DNA from: a virus
Lineage: Duplodnaviria > Caudoviricetes
Virus record (IMG/VR): IMGVR_UViG_3300030100_000603
Coordinates: 13,132-77,131 of that record
Strand: one strand, 5' to 3'
Length of the DNA: 64,000 nt
Position 1 is the first letter of the stretch. Every line of letters begins with the position of its first letter. Below the pieces are notes generated by a model. It saw only the letters and a program-made list of their open reading frames with translations. It did not search any database and had not been told where the DNA came from. Shown here in pieces: positions 8,715-18,641 of the stretch. A program made the translations under genes and the position numbers.

Positions 8715-10445
8715 TTATTTCCACTTACCGAATACGAATACATCGGATTGAATGTTAACTGTAAGGCCCGAAATACCGCCTTCCTGAATCCAAATCCAAT
8801 TTAGATTAACTGATGTTGTATTTTTTCCAGAAACTTTCATAACGATGGCTGAATCAGGATTCGCACTTTGAACACTACCCAAAACAGAATAACCCCCGGT
8901 AAAAGCGATTGGGAAGGTCCAATTTTGAGGTTGGGATGTGCCTGTACCCAAAGATGAATTATAACAAACTTGGGAACCATCTGCGAGCCTTGTCCACCCA
9001 CCATCACTATTACTGCCACTTTCAACAATAGGATCACCACCAACAGAAGGCATCCCGGCAAAGTCAGGCCCACCATTAGAATTAATTGGGTAGCTGTCAA
9101 CCGCATTCCAAGAATCACCATCGTAAATTTTAAGTTTATTGTCAGCAGTTGACCAAAAGAGAGCGCCCACCATAAGAGGGTTGCCGTCGTTATCTAAGCT
9201 GGGGTCAGAACTCTTGCTTCCGAGGTATCTATCATCAAATTGATCATACAGCGCAAATGTGTTACTTTCACTTGTAGCGGCATCATTCGCGCTGTTCGCA
9301 GCATTAGTCTCACTTGTGGAGGCGTTTCCTGCTGAAATGGCGGACTGATTTGCATGGTACTTGGCTGAATAACCAACACCATCCACTGTACTGCCAAGTT
9401 TAGTGGCCCAATCCTCAGAAAGATCAGCACTTGAAGAGGCATTATTTTCACTAGTGGCAGCATTGCTTGCGCTTGTAGCAGCCGCAGAAGCGGAGTTAGC
9501 TGCATTGGTTTCGGATGTAGAAGCAGCACTGGCACTGTTAGCGGCACTAGTTTCACTATCAGCAGCATTACTAGCAGATGTTGCAGCAGCGTTTTCTGAA
9601 CCAAGAGCATTATTAGCAGATGTTGCAGCATTCGCTTCACTGGTTGCAGCATTGTTCTCAGAAGTCTCAGCAGCACTCTCAGACAAGGCAGCAGCAGTAG
9701 CACTGGCATCAGCATTCTGTGCAAATGTATCTGCCTCAGAAGCTTTATTAGAGGCTACGTTGGCGTTGAAGGATGCAGTATCAGCGAAACCACTAGCAGT
9801 TTGAGAGTAGTATTTAGCGGAGTATTCACTACCATCAACCGTATCAGATGTTTTAATTGCCCAATCTTGAGATGTAGAAGCACTAGTTGCTGAACTGGAA
9901 GCAGAGGATGCCGCAGCTTGAGCATGGTACTTGGCAGAGTATTCACTACCATCAACGGTATCACCAAGCTTAATTGCCCAATCTTCTGCCAGTTGGGCAT
10001 TTACCTGAGTCTGTTGAACGGCAGTACTGACCTCACCACCGATTTCCTGTGAAAGACCCCAGACGATAGTACCACTAGCAAAAGTGTCACCAAGAGTAAT
10101 GGTATTTGTACCATCAACAGTGAAGTTGAAGTAACGATAAGCACCACTGCCCTCATCAATGTATACAGAAATACCAGAGGTCTGAACGCTGTTGAATGTT
10201 ACATTTGTTTGATTTGAACCAAGTGTTACTGATTCACTGATTGGTGCCAATGTACCAGCAGTAATCTGAGACTGAAGGTTAGCAATAGCGGTCGCAGCAG
10301 TGGGTACAGGACCGTTATCCGTATTAACAAATGTTTCTTCAGGGCCATTTACAATATTAAACAGAAGATCGGATGCACCCTCCGCTTTTGTTGACGCAGC
10401 ATCGGCCCTGGACGCAGCATCATTCAATACATCAATATATGACAT
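8715..10445 (-). CDS. Tail fibre with Ala/Ser-rich stalk
   Basis: SA/NAATS low-complexity repeats, three DWAxKxxxTVDGxxYSAKY repeats, FDDRYLGSKSSDPSLDNDG motif, C-terminal ESGSN..GGWTRLADGSQVC domain. Confidence 0.8.
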   Translation of the reverse strand: MSYIDVLNDAASRADAASTKAEGASDLLFNIVNGPEETFVNTDNGPVPTAATAIANLQSQITAGTLAPISESVTLGSNQTNVTFNSVQTSGISVYIDEGSGAYRYFNFTVDGTNTITLGDTFASGTIVWGLSQEIGGEVSTAVQQTQVNAQLAEDWAIKLGDTVDGSEYSAKYHAQAAASSASSSATSASTSQDWAIKTSDTVDGSEYSAKYYSQTASGFADTASFNANVASNKASEADTFAQNADASATAAALSESAAETSENNAATSEANAATSANNALGSENAAATSASNAADSETSAANSASAASTSETNAANSASAAATSASNAATSENNASSSADLSEDWATKLGSTVDGVGYSAKYHANQSAISAGNASTSETNAANSANDAATSESNTFALYDQFDDRYLGSKSSDPSLDNDGNPLMVGALFWSTADNKLKIYDGDSWNAVDSYPINSNGGPDFAGMPSVGGDPIVESGSNSDGGWTRLADGSQVCYNSSLGTGTSQPQNWTFPIAFTGGYSVLGSVQSANPDSAIVMKVSGKNTTSVNLNWIWIQEGGISGLTVNIQSDVFVFGKWK

Positions 10446-10449
10446 GGTT

Positions 10450-10770
10450 TCACCTTACTTTAAGTTGGTTTTCCAATTCACTCACACGATCCTCAAGACT
10501 TTCAACTCTTTCATCTTGACGCAACTGATAACGTGTCAAATCTTTTTGAATAACGGAGTATTTACTGTTTATCTGATACATCAAATCTTTTCGCTGGTCA
10601 GAAAGTTCTTGTTCTATATCTTCTTGCCACAACCTTCTTTCTTCTTGATATGTTACGGCGGTGTATGTCTTAGCGAATGAACTGATGAAATATACCCCAA
10701 TCAGGAACAGAGTTAGGACAGCTAGTGCCCTCATTTTATCCCCATGCCTTCTAAATCTGTTCATATCCAC
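10450..10770 (-). CDS. Membrane-anchored coiled-coil protein
   Basis: One N-terminal TM segment followed by a coiled coil. Confidence 0.6.
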   Translation of the reverse strand: MDMNRFRRHGDKMRALAVLTLFLIGVYFISSFAKTYTAVTYQEERRLWQEDIEQELSDQRKDLMYQINSKYSVIQKDLTRYQLRQDERVESLEDRVSELENQLKVR

Positions 10771-10777
10771 CCCTTCG

Positions 10778-11146
10778 TTAATCGTCGGGACTTGTGGGGT
10801 TCCTTCTTACAACGTTATCCCTTACGTATGACCTGAACTCCTTTGTATCTTCCACAAGAATAGTTAATTGTCTGCTGATTTCTCGCTGCTGTGATTCTAG
10901 AGATTGAATTCGTACATCAATGTAGTCCATGACATTTTGAATTTGAGCATCCAAACGTTCTTGTGAAACTGATGTAGACTTCACCTCATAAATCTTATCC
11001 CTATTGTAATCAATCTGGGATTGAAGACCTTTCCCCACGAAGGCCCCAACCCCAAGGAAGATTGTCACAATAATACCACCGACAGCAATTACCCATTGCC
11101 GATTGTGGTCAGCGAGTGCGCTGTTATGTGCCATATCATCCTCCAA
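10778..11146 (-). CDS. Membrane-anchored coiled-coil protein (possible holin/antiholin)
   Basis: One TM segment followed by a coiled coil; lies between the two tail-fibre genes. Confidence 0.55.
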   Translation of the reverse strand: MEDDMAHNSALADHNRQWVIAVGGIIVTIFLGVGAFVGKGLQSQIDYNRDKIYEVKSTSVSQERLDAQIQNVMDYIDVRIQSLESQQREISRQLTILVEDTKEFRSYVRDNVVRRNPTSPDD

Positions 11147-11149
11147 CTA

Positions 11150-12442
11150 TTACGAAGTCCTGTACCAAATAGGTGCAACAAACACAGGATGAATGTTATT
11201 GTGATAACCATTGCCACCACGATTCTGAACATTTACACTGTGAGTATGGTTGTTCTCAAAATCAGTTTGGAAGTTGTGAGTGTGGTAACCTGCGTTATTG
11301 ATATTAAGTCCGTGGCTATGGTTGCCCCTTTCTCGCATGGAGTTATCACCATCAACGTCACCAAAACCCTGATTTGCCCCACCAGCAGCAACACGTAGGG
11401 GACCGCCTTGAGTATCACTGTATACACGAACAGGGTGAGTGTGAGCGCCAGCAGTATTGGTATTACCACTGTGACTGTGAGCACCGGCACCATAAGTAGT
11501 ACCATTGTGTCTGTGTCCACCAGCACCACCAGTAGTAGCAGGGTGATCGTGTGCAGGCATTTCATTGACTGTTAATTGATGGGTATATTCACCCTCAGAA
11601 TTACCAGCAACAAAACTACGGTTAGTACCATTCGGGTCAGTGTAACTACCATCACCAATGATTGAACGACCAGTAACCTTTGTCCAAGTACCGAAACCAA
11701 GACCACCACTACCGATAGAATTACCGGGGTTGGTCGGGCGCATGATGATACTGCCGACAGGGAACAGGATTTGGAATACACCAGAAAGTGATTCGGGAGT
11801 CAACGCTCTATCATCACGAGTACCCTGTGCTGCCTCAGCCTGAGTAGCCAATTCCACAAGACCAGATTGGTCAGTAGTAGCAGTACGGAACTGAAGTGTA
11901 GCAGGAGAAATAGCAGTATTTGTAGATGTACCAGCCGATACCTCAGCCTGAGTAGCCATCTTAACAATACCTTCAGCACTCTGAGTTGCCTTCTTATTAT
12001 GTAGAGTAGAGGCAGTAATTGCTAGATCAGTACGAGTACCTTCGTTTGCTTCATTCTGAGTAGCAAGTTCAACAGTACCCCTCGCCTGAGTAGTAGCCTG
12101 ACGATTACCCTCGTATACTTCCCAGAAGTTCACATTACCAGCAGAAGGGTCTTTGTTAGTATGTGTCTGAATACAACGATAGATTCGATTATCAGTCGCC
12201 TGTACATAAGACTTGAATGCCTGATATTCAGTCATCGCATCCCACTCAGGAATACCCAACTGGTTGTAGTAGGCAAGACCCTGGTGAAGTTTATTCATTG
12301 ACCAGTTTTCATACTGGTAAGGAGGTTTTACCTGTGTCCACCCTGTTTGGATATAAGAGTCTAGGGGCTTCTCAATATCTGTCCCCAATGCAGATGTAGC
12401 CCAAATCGTATTTACCGAATTTGGTTTAGTATATTTTGCCAT
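11150..12442 (-). CDS. Baseplate-attached tail fibre with HxH metal-binding needle
   Basis: N-terminal GW...KPPYQYENW...IPEWD attachment domain, AT..xGxVELAT repeats, FPVGSI collar-like motif, seven HxH motifs at the C-terminus. Confidence 0.85.
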   Translation of the reverse strand: MAKYTKPNSVNTIWATSALGTDIEKPLDSYIQTGWTQVKPPYQYENWSMNKLHQGLAYYNQLGIPEWDAMTEYQAFKSYVQATDNRIYRCIQTHTNKDPSAGNVNFWEVYEGNRQATTQARGTVELATQNEANEGTRTDLAITASTLHNKKATQSAEGIVKMATQAEVSAGTSTNTAISPATLQFRTATTDQSGLVELATQAEAAQGTRDDRALTPESLSGVFQILFPVGSIIMRPTNPGNSIGSGGLGFGTWTKVTGRSIIGDGSYTDPNGTNRSFVAGNSEGEYTHQLTVNEMPAHDHPATTGGAGGHRHNGTTYGAGAHSHSGNTNTAGAHTHPVRVYSDTQGGPLRVAAGGANQGFGDVDGDNSMRERGNHSHGLNINNAGYHTHNFQTDFENNHTHSVNVQNRGGNGYHNNIHPVFVAPIWYRTS

Positions 12443-12458
12443 TTAAACACCCATTTGT

Positions 12459-13190
12459 TTAGAGATTCAGGAAGATGGTATTCGCTGTAGCGTACAGATT
12501 GTTGGATGCAACAACCCATGTCTCAACAGCTTCAAACGTCGGTGTCACCTGTTCATTGATATACTCAATACGAACACCAGCAGGTTTAGGCAGAAGACGG
12601 TCAGCAACCTGAGTTTCATCAAGACCGGGGAATACCGTTTGGTCAGGATCATTCCAATCACGACCAAGACTCAGTGTGAATACAGCAGGTTCATTCTCAT
12701 CCGTACCACCCTCGAAGAATTCCACTCGAACAGGTTCAAAGATGGACTGTACCGCACGAATGATTTCTTCAGGGTTTGTCCCTGCGTTATTCTGTACGAT
12801 TTTGGCTTTAAGGAAGGTCTTGAACAGACCATCAGACAAACCAATTACGCCCGATTCAGGATCAAATAAGGAGTAATAAAGACCACCTTGACCGTTATCG
12901 ACAGAACCAAACGGCTTAGCACCGGGATCATCAGAGAAACCAAAGAAACCAGTAGCAGCAATGTCCACAAGTTCCCTTGGTTGACCAATGATATTACCGA
13001 TGTTATCAAGTTGAACACCAGATGATTCATCAATATCCTTGATTTTCTCAATGTTGATGAAGGTATCTTCTAGTTCTTGGTTACCCTCAAGCCATACAGT
13101 GAGAAGTTGTTCAATGTGTGGTTTGTCTTTAAACTGTTCAGTAACCCTTTCCTTCGCCTGTTCAACGTAATTGATATTGTCAAGATTCAT
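12459..13190 (-). CDS. Baseplate wedge protein (DUF2612-like)
   Basis: GVQLDNIGNIIGQPR...FFGF...LKAKIVQN...LPKPAGV. Confidence 0.8.
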   Translation of the reverse strand: MNLDNINYVEQAKERVTEQFKDKPHIEQLLTVWLEGNQELEDTFINIEKIKDIDESSGVQLDNIGNIIGQPRELVDIAATGFFGFSDDPGAKPFGSVDNGQGGLYYSLFDPESGVIGLSDGLFKTFLKAKIVQNNAGTNPEEIIRAVQSIFEPVRVEFFEGGTDENEPAVFTLSLGRDWNDPDQTVFPGLDETQVADRLLPKPAGVRIEYINEQVTPTFEAVETWVVASNNLYATANTIFLNL

Positions 13191-13201
13191 TTCATCACCT
13201 A

Positions 13202-14632
13202 TTAGTTGACAGTAACGTTGAGGTTACCACGAGTAAAGTTTGCAATCTCATCGTATGCAATAACAATGTTTGAAGTAGCAGCAGGGGAACTAGATGTATC
13301 AATAAACAATGAGTCAATCTGGAAACCATACGCTGCATTGTTGATAGGTGTATACAGACGAGAATAGATTACATCATCACCAACACCATAATTACTTGTG
13401 AAATATGCATCCAAGGTATCAGCAATCAATTCTTCGATGTTACCCGGAACAGTCTGGTTCTCAAAAGCTGATACAGTCACATCAATGTAAATATCAATTG
13501 GTTGTGGACGAGAGAAACTGATATCATGAGGAAGACCCTGTGAATCAATTACACCAATAGTAGTATTACCGAATGATTCAATACCTGCTGGTTTTACCTG
13601 CCAGATAACATCAGCGATTGTACTTGAAGAACCACCAAGGACTACAGCACTGAATGATTTAGCAGGAAGGCCCAATGCGTCAACACCATTCGTCACATTC
13701 TCATAGACGTTAACCTCAGTGACACCTTCTACACCAAGAATGTTACTGAACAACGCATCAATCGTACCACGAGCATTCAACTCTTTTGACTGACTGAAAC
13801 GAAGTCTAAGTTCCTCATCTGTTTCCCTGAATCGACCAGGATTAGCAGCCAGAGGGTTAATGACTTCATCCCAACCAGTAACGGGAGATGCTACAACATT
13901 AAGTGTTTCTGCTGGTTGTTCAACCGGACCTACTACCGTACATTCTGCACTGACAAGTTTTGACACACGTTGGAATGAGAGGTTACCAGTACCCAACACC
14001 ACATCACGACGGAAGAAGATATCAACCCATTCAATATCAATCTGAACATCGTTGATAACTGTTGCGTTGAAATCACTAGAAGTCGTATTGATTTCTGATA
14101 CCAGAGCAGCCGCAATGTCTGCCCTTGTCTCACCAGTACCCGTAGTATGACTGAAGGAATCAGCACCAATAGTAATTGTATATTCGGTAGAATCAACAGC
14201 AGAGATTACTTCAATGACGATGCCTGAGCAATCATCTTCAGTCAGAGCAACGTTCTCAGTAGTCTGAAACCTATTTGCTGTGAAAGTAGAATCTACAAAA
14301 GACTCTTCGGGAATAACAGTATTGTATGCACCAGATGCCAGAAGATCAACAGTGGAAGGTGATGCCTCAAAACGAGTAAGACCCGCATAGGCAACTACCC
14401 GATCAAGTGATACCCCTGTAGCAAGTGATGGATTAAATGAGTTGTATACTGCCTCAGCCAATTCCCAAAGATCAGCTTCAGAGGCAGAGGCAATTCGGAT
14501 AGCGCGACCCAGAACATCATTTTCGGTAGTAGCAGCATTGGTTCCGAAAAAGTTTCTTGCGCTTGTGATTCGGTCGTTGATAACCTCGTTTAGACGTTTG
14601 ATTTCAAGACCGTTAGAAGTCAATCCTGCCAT
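13202..14632 (-). CDS. Baseplate J-like wedge subunit
   Basis: MAGLTSNG, ATGVSLD, GRFRETDEELR.R, KPAGIESFG motifs. Confidence 0.88.
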   Translation of the reverse strand: MAGLTSNGLEIKRLNEVINDRITSARNFFGTNAATTENDVLGRAIRIASASEADLWELAEAVYNSFNPSLATGVSLDRVVAYAGLTRFEASPSTVDLLASGAYNTVIPEESFVDSTFTANRFQTTENVALTEDDCSGIVIEVISAVDSTEYTITIGADSFSHTTGTGETRADIAAALVSEINTTSSDFNATVINDVQIDIEWVDIFFRRDVVLGTGNLSFQRVSKLVSAECTVVGPVEQPAETLNVVASPVTGWDEVINPLAANPGRFRETDEELRLRFSQSKELNARGTIDALFSNILGVEGVTEVNVYENVTNGVDALGLPAKSFSAVVLGGSSSTIADVIWQVKPAGIESFGNTTIGVIDSQGLPHDISFSRPQPIDIYIDVTVSAFENQTVPGNIEELIADTLDAYFTSNYGVGDDVIYSRLYTPINNAAYGFQIDSLFIDTSSSPAATSNIVIAYDEIANFTRGNLNVTVN

Positions 14633-14647
14633 GTGATTACCCTTTGC

Positions 14648-15013
14648 TTAAAGTTCAATTTCAATAGGAATTGGTTCATCATCACTTGTGGAATTAACAA
14701 CAAAAGAAATAGTCATTCGTCTGTTCCGGCTGTCCAGATTGGACTCATATGAACGAAGACTTACTACTTCAGGTTCTTCCGTAATGGCTCTTTGGAAGAT
14801 AATATCAATGGTTTCTTTTGCTGCATTCTTTCCAAGGATTCGTTGATACCAAGGGATACCCAAGTTCTGATCGAGGAACCACTCACCTTGGAAGGTCAAC
14901 AGTTTCACCTTCAAACGTTGAGCGAGTGATTCATCCTCAGTAAGTGTCAACTTGAAATCCCCATTCACCAATTCCAGATCATGTGTGGACGAGTCAAGTC
15001 TAAGATCAGGCAT
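14648..15013 (-). CDS. gp25/W-like baseplate sheath initiator
   Basis: AQRLKVKLLTFQGEWFLD..LGIPW motif; likely start ATG 15013. Confidence 0.78.
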   Translation of the reverse strand: MPDLRLDSSTHDLELVNGDFKLTLTEDESLAQRLKVKLLTFQGEWFLDQNLGIPWYQRILGKNAAKETIDIIFQRAITEEPEVVSLRSYESNLDSRNRRMTISFVVNSTSDDEPIPIEIEL

Positions 15014-15018
15014 ATCTA

Positions 15019-15603
15019 TTAGCTCCACAAATATTCTGTAATTACAAATTGATCCAGAAGTTTATTAGACTTTGATTTATTTTCTTCGGCAGGTAAAACT
15101 TGTAAGTTATACCAAACATGAAGACCGCTTACATTCTTTCCCCGTAATGGGATAATGTGGTCAACCTCGTAAGGTGTACCACTTGTAATTGTCATCTCAC
15201 TTGAGTATTGATATATTCTCTCGATGAGATAATTATTCCTTTCCCCAAGTTCACCTGAAAGTTTTAATGTGCGTTTTTCTTTGTCTAACTTATATCGCAC
15301 ACTATAAAGAAGCACTTTATGCTTATTTTTACTTCTCCATATTCGACCGTTCTCTTTCACCCGATCTTTATTTTCCTGATACCATTTTCTGAAGTAATCT
15401 AAGTTTTCATAATAATATTGCTTAGAATATCCTTTTTCAACTTGTCGTTTTGAAGATTCGTTATCACACATTACACAATAACGATTCTTGGTTCTTCTTT
15501 TATAAATGTGACCATTTTTACATGGTTTGTTTGTGAAATAAAATTCAGAACCTCTTTTCATTGCTTCTGAATAACTTTTCGGTAAATCCTTAAATTCATC
15601 CAT
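15019..15603 (-). mobile_element. Free-standing HNH homing endonuclease
   Basis: N-terminal [11 protein letters not shown]...C..C; C-terminal [30 protein letters not shown]; AT-rich insert in the baseplate operon. Confidence 0.85.
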
Positions 15604-15687
15604 ATTTTATAACCTCTGTCTAGGTTGAAATAAAAAGCACCTAGATGATGAGACAGCATCACCAAGGGAGCTACCCTGTTCGGTGCT
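15604..15687 (-). ncRNA. Candidate structured cis-regulatory RNA, copy 1, 5' of an HNH gene
   Basis: AGCACC/GGTGCT closing stem, AGGG-TAGCT-CCCT and GATG-N6-CATC hairpins, then AACCT/AGGTT hairpin over the RBS; second copy at 35094-35169. Confidence 0.6.
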
Positions 15688-15700
15688 AAAAAGTTACCTA

Positions 15701-16537
15701 TTAGTTCGGGGAAGAAGTAGTACCACCAGAGTCACCATCATGAGTGTGGTTGACGAGTGAAACACCACTAGCAACAACATCACTATCAGAAGTAACATTG
15801 CCTGTAATACTAAAGTCACCAGTAATACTTGCAGTAGAACCACCAGCAGTACCGCTACCAATCATACCAGAGGTATAAGTGAATGTACCCTGAACAAGCA
15901 TATCACCAGTAACAGTGGTACTTGGTGAATCAATAGTAGTGCTACTTGATGCATTGATTTCTGCGGTAGAAGTATTCACAACAGATTCTTGACAGTTCAC
16001 TTCAACCTTGTTTCCTGGTGCATTGATGATTACATCACCACCCTTGGTAAGCCTTACCTCACATTCAGCAGAAGTACCAATGTTATGAGACATTACGGTA
16101 TCATCTGTACTGTGTGACAAGGAACGCTTGGATGGGTTATTCACAGCATCAGGGAAACCAAACAGACCGGGAATCGCCATAGCATCCTTACGAGAAAACT
16201 TGGACAAGTCAGTAGGTCGGTGAGGTTCTTTTACACCCAATTTGAACTGTGAAATAGATCGTTGTGAAAAAATACACAGAACAGTATCACCAACGTTCAC
16301 CGGGAAACTGAACTGTGAAGTAGAACTACCTGGAAAGATAAGTGGAACACTCAACACCACAGGATGAGAAAGTGTCTGGTCATCAGGTTTAACCCTGTCA
16401 ACAAGTAACTGTACATCTACCCTTTGTTCAGGAAGAGAGACAACACTCTGTACAACAGCAGGCATTGCAGTAAACATTTGCCTTGCTGCATTCCCCACGT
16501 ATTGTTTAATTAGTCCTTCAAGTCCGATATTCTCCAT
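15701..16537 (-). CDS. Baseplate central spike (gpV/gp5-like)
   Basis: TAMPAVV, VPLIFP, FPVNVGDTVLCIFSQR; C-terminal SLVNHTH iron-binding apex. Confidence 0.88.
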   Translation of the reverse strand: MENIGLEGLIKQYVGNAARQMFTAMPAVVQSVVSLPEQRVDVQLLVDRVKPDDQTLSHPVVLSVPLIFPGSSTSQFSFPVNVGDTVLCIFSQRSISQFKLGVKEPHRPTDLSKFSRKDAMAIPGLFGFPDAVNNPSKRSLSHSTDDTVMSHNIGTSAECEVRLTKGGDVIINAPGNKVEVNCQESVVNTSTAEINASSSTTIDSPSTTVTGDMLVQGTFTYTSGMIGSGTAGGSTASITGDFSITGNVTSDSDVVASGVSLVNHTHDGDSGGTTSSPN

Positions 16538-16540
16538 TTG

Positions 16541-17452
16541 TTAGACCTCGTTAGCATTCAGTTTGGAGCAATGACAGAGGGCTTCCCATTTATTACCGCG
16601 CCAATCACCAGTATATTCAACACTATTAACCCGAAAGACTCCCTCGATGGAAGAACCTTTAAGGGACACGGCAGACCCAGGTTGAATAAGAGGATTGATT
16701 AATGACCTGAACTTTACACCCTTCTTTCTTGTCGTATCGTCCTTCAGCTTCTTTCCGTCAGCACTAGCGAACGTAGGTTCACCAAGTAAGCCGCTCGATG
16801 GGGAAATAACAAAAGCACGTTGAACAGAGTTGGGTGATTCATATTTGTTCGGATCATTGACGTAAAGACGTTGACCATCAATGCGGTAATTAAAGTCGAA
16901 GTCCCTAGCCATCTCACTGAGAATTGATTTCACATCACCTTCAACCGGATAACCAAAGTCAAAAGGACGATCAATATTGGTACTGTTGAATGAGGCACGA
17001 GTGATGGTGTTGGACTGACCAATCAGAAAGTTGATTACTTGTCGTGGTGTAGTCTTAGCAGGGAAAGTCTTTGAAATGGATGGTTGATATACAAGATAGT
17101 CAGCAGGAACAGCTTGAATTGTTGTACGTCTATCTTCCCTTGAGCTACCATCATCCGTTTCAACCTCAGAAATCATTCCCCTGAAAAGAATCTTGTTGTT
17201 ATTGTTATACCCAACCTTCAGGATGATTGCCATTGAATCTTGCTGAATGTAGTTTATAGAATCTTCTGAAAGATTTACAAGATCAATTTTACAGGTGTTA
17301 CTTTCTTCTTTATTGTCAATATGTTTTTTGATCTTGAAAGTCATCTGCAACCCTGTACTTGCAGCCTCATCCCCAATTATCTGTAAACCCTTTCCAGAGT
17401 TGGGGGAACCAATGATTAGTTCATATGTTCTTCGAAATTGTAAATCTTCCAT
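16541..17452 (-). CDS. Baseplate hub protein
   Basis: Position; L.MTFKIKK...NTCKIDLVNLS, ISPSSGLLGEP, LINPLIQPG, GDWRG..W. Confidence 0.78.
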   Translation of the reverse strand: MEDLQFRRTYELIIGSPNSGKGLQIIGDEAASTGLQMTFKIKKHIDNKEESNTCKIDLVNLSEDSINYIQQDSMAIILKVGYNNNNKILFRGMISEVETDDGSSREDRRTTIQAVPADYLVYQPSISKTFPAKTTPRQVINFLIGQSNTITRASFNSTNIDRPFDFGYPVEGDVKSILSEMARDFDFNYRIDGQRLYVNDPNKYESPNSVQRAFVISPSSGLLGEPTFASADGKKLKDDTTRKKGVKFRSLINPLIQPGSAVSLKGSSIEGVFRVNSVEYTGDWRGNKWEALCHCSKLNANEV

Positions 17453-17455
17453 TGG

Positions 17456-17806
17456 TTATACCCCTTGAATCGTTTCCAATCCCTCACTATCTAAGTAAAT
17501 CAACTGATGGGTTAGATCAAGCCTTCTTGGGTTTGGGATTGATGAATTAGAAAAACTTGCTTCTTCTATTGGTAGAAGTATAAAAGTACCTTCAGGTGAA
17601 ACAAGTGAATACTGACCAAGTAGATCAAATAGTGGAACAAGTTGAATACCCCTGATGATGAATGTTTCCTCAGCATCGGAGATATCCATAAGGTAACCCT
17701 CAGAACGAGAAGAGTAACGAAATGTCAGATTATATTCAGCACCAGACAAGTCAATACTATATGAGTAGTAGGGGTTATTATACAGTGGACATTTTACAAC
17801 AGCCAT
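17456..17806 (-). CDS. Baseplate/tail-tip small protein
   Basis: IDLSGAEYNLTFRY pattern; conserved slot after the tape measure gene in this myovirus type. Confidence 0.6.
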   Translation of the reverse strand: MAVVKCPLYNNPYYSYSIDLSGAEYNLTFRYSSRSEGYLMDISDAEETFIIRGIQLVPLFDLLGQYSLVSPEGTFILLPIEEASFSNSSIPNPRRLDLTHQLIYLDSEGLETIQGV

Positions 17807-17807
17807 G

Positions 17808-18629
17808 TTAATTCCCCCCGTTAACGAATGATGATTGACCAGTTATCAATGCTCCAACTTCCCTTACAATATCACCAGCAACACCACCGGCAATACTCTC
17901 AATTGCCCTCTCATCCCTTTCCCTGTCTGTCTGATCCCCTTGTTCCGTTTTCGCAGCAGCGGAATCAGCAACTTCTTCAGCAGGTTGGGTACTTTGACGA
18001 GAACCACTAATCTGAACATCTACCTCTTTGATTGTGACAAAACGTACTTGTCGGAATGTCAGGTTTGCAATAAATGAATCGCCAGTATCTACTTCTTCTG
18101 TATCTTCTAAACGTTCAAGAATACAGTTTTCAATAAGGCGAGTGGATGCACTCCTACCAGTCGAAGTGTCGTAATCATAGTCAAGAATGGTTACTAATTC
18201 TGACTTATCCCAGGCATCATAAAGCCTGTCTCTTGCAATCTCATGTGTGTACCCACGGAATGGATCAACAGAAATGCTTGAGAAAGAAGGACTACTAATG
18301 AACTGCTGAATACTTCCCGGTAGCTTACTGAGCAGATCAGAAGGGGCATCAATAACTGCCCCATTGACTGGTTGATTGTAAGCACGAGTTACCGCACCCT
18401 CGCTACCAGAAAGAATCTGCGGTGAACGAGTGTACGGATTATGGAAGTCAGCGGCACTAATAATAGCCCTCATGGAAAATACAGGATTCTGTTTTGACAC
18501 ATGATCCGTAATTCGACTTGATGCATCTACAGGATGACTAGAGACACTACTTGAACGGGATTTACTATAAGAAGTAACCGCATCCAAGTACATCACATCA
18601 TCGTTTTCAAACAGTAGAGCTAAAGCCAT
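17808..18629 (-). CDS. Tail tube initiator / baseplate protein
   Basis: LDAV......SSSVSSHPVD...ITDHV; LTFRQVRFV; follows the tape measure gene. Confidence 0.65.
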   Translation of the reverse strand: MALALLFENDDVMYLDAVTSYSKSRSSSVSSHPVDASSRITDHVSKQNPVFSMRAIISAADFHNPYTRSPQILSGSEGAVTRAYNQPVNGAVIDAPSDLLSKLPGSIQQFISSPSFSSISVDPFRGYTHEIARDRLYDAWDKSELVTILDYDYDTSTGRSASTRLIENCILERLEDTEEVDTGDSFIANLTFRQVRFVTIKEVDVQISGSRQSTQPAEEVADSAAAKTEQGDQTDRERDERAIESIAGGVAGDIVREVGALITGQSSFVNGGN

Positions 18630-18641
18630 AATATTTACCTT

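Noticed and set aside
9403-9804. Ala/Leu-rich + strand ORF and alternate-frame ORFs in the tail fibre
   Set aside because: Artefacts of the low-complexity Ala/Ser repeat.
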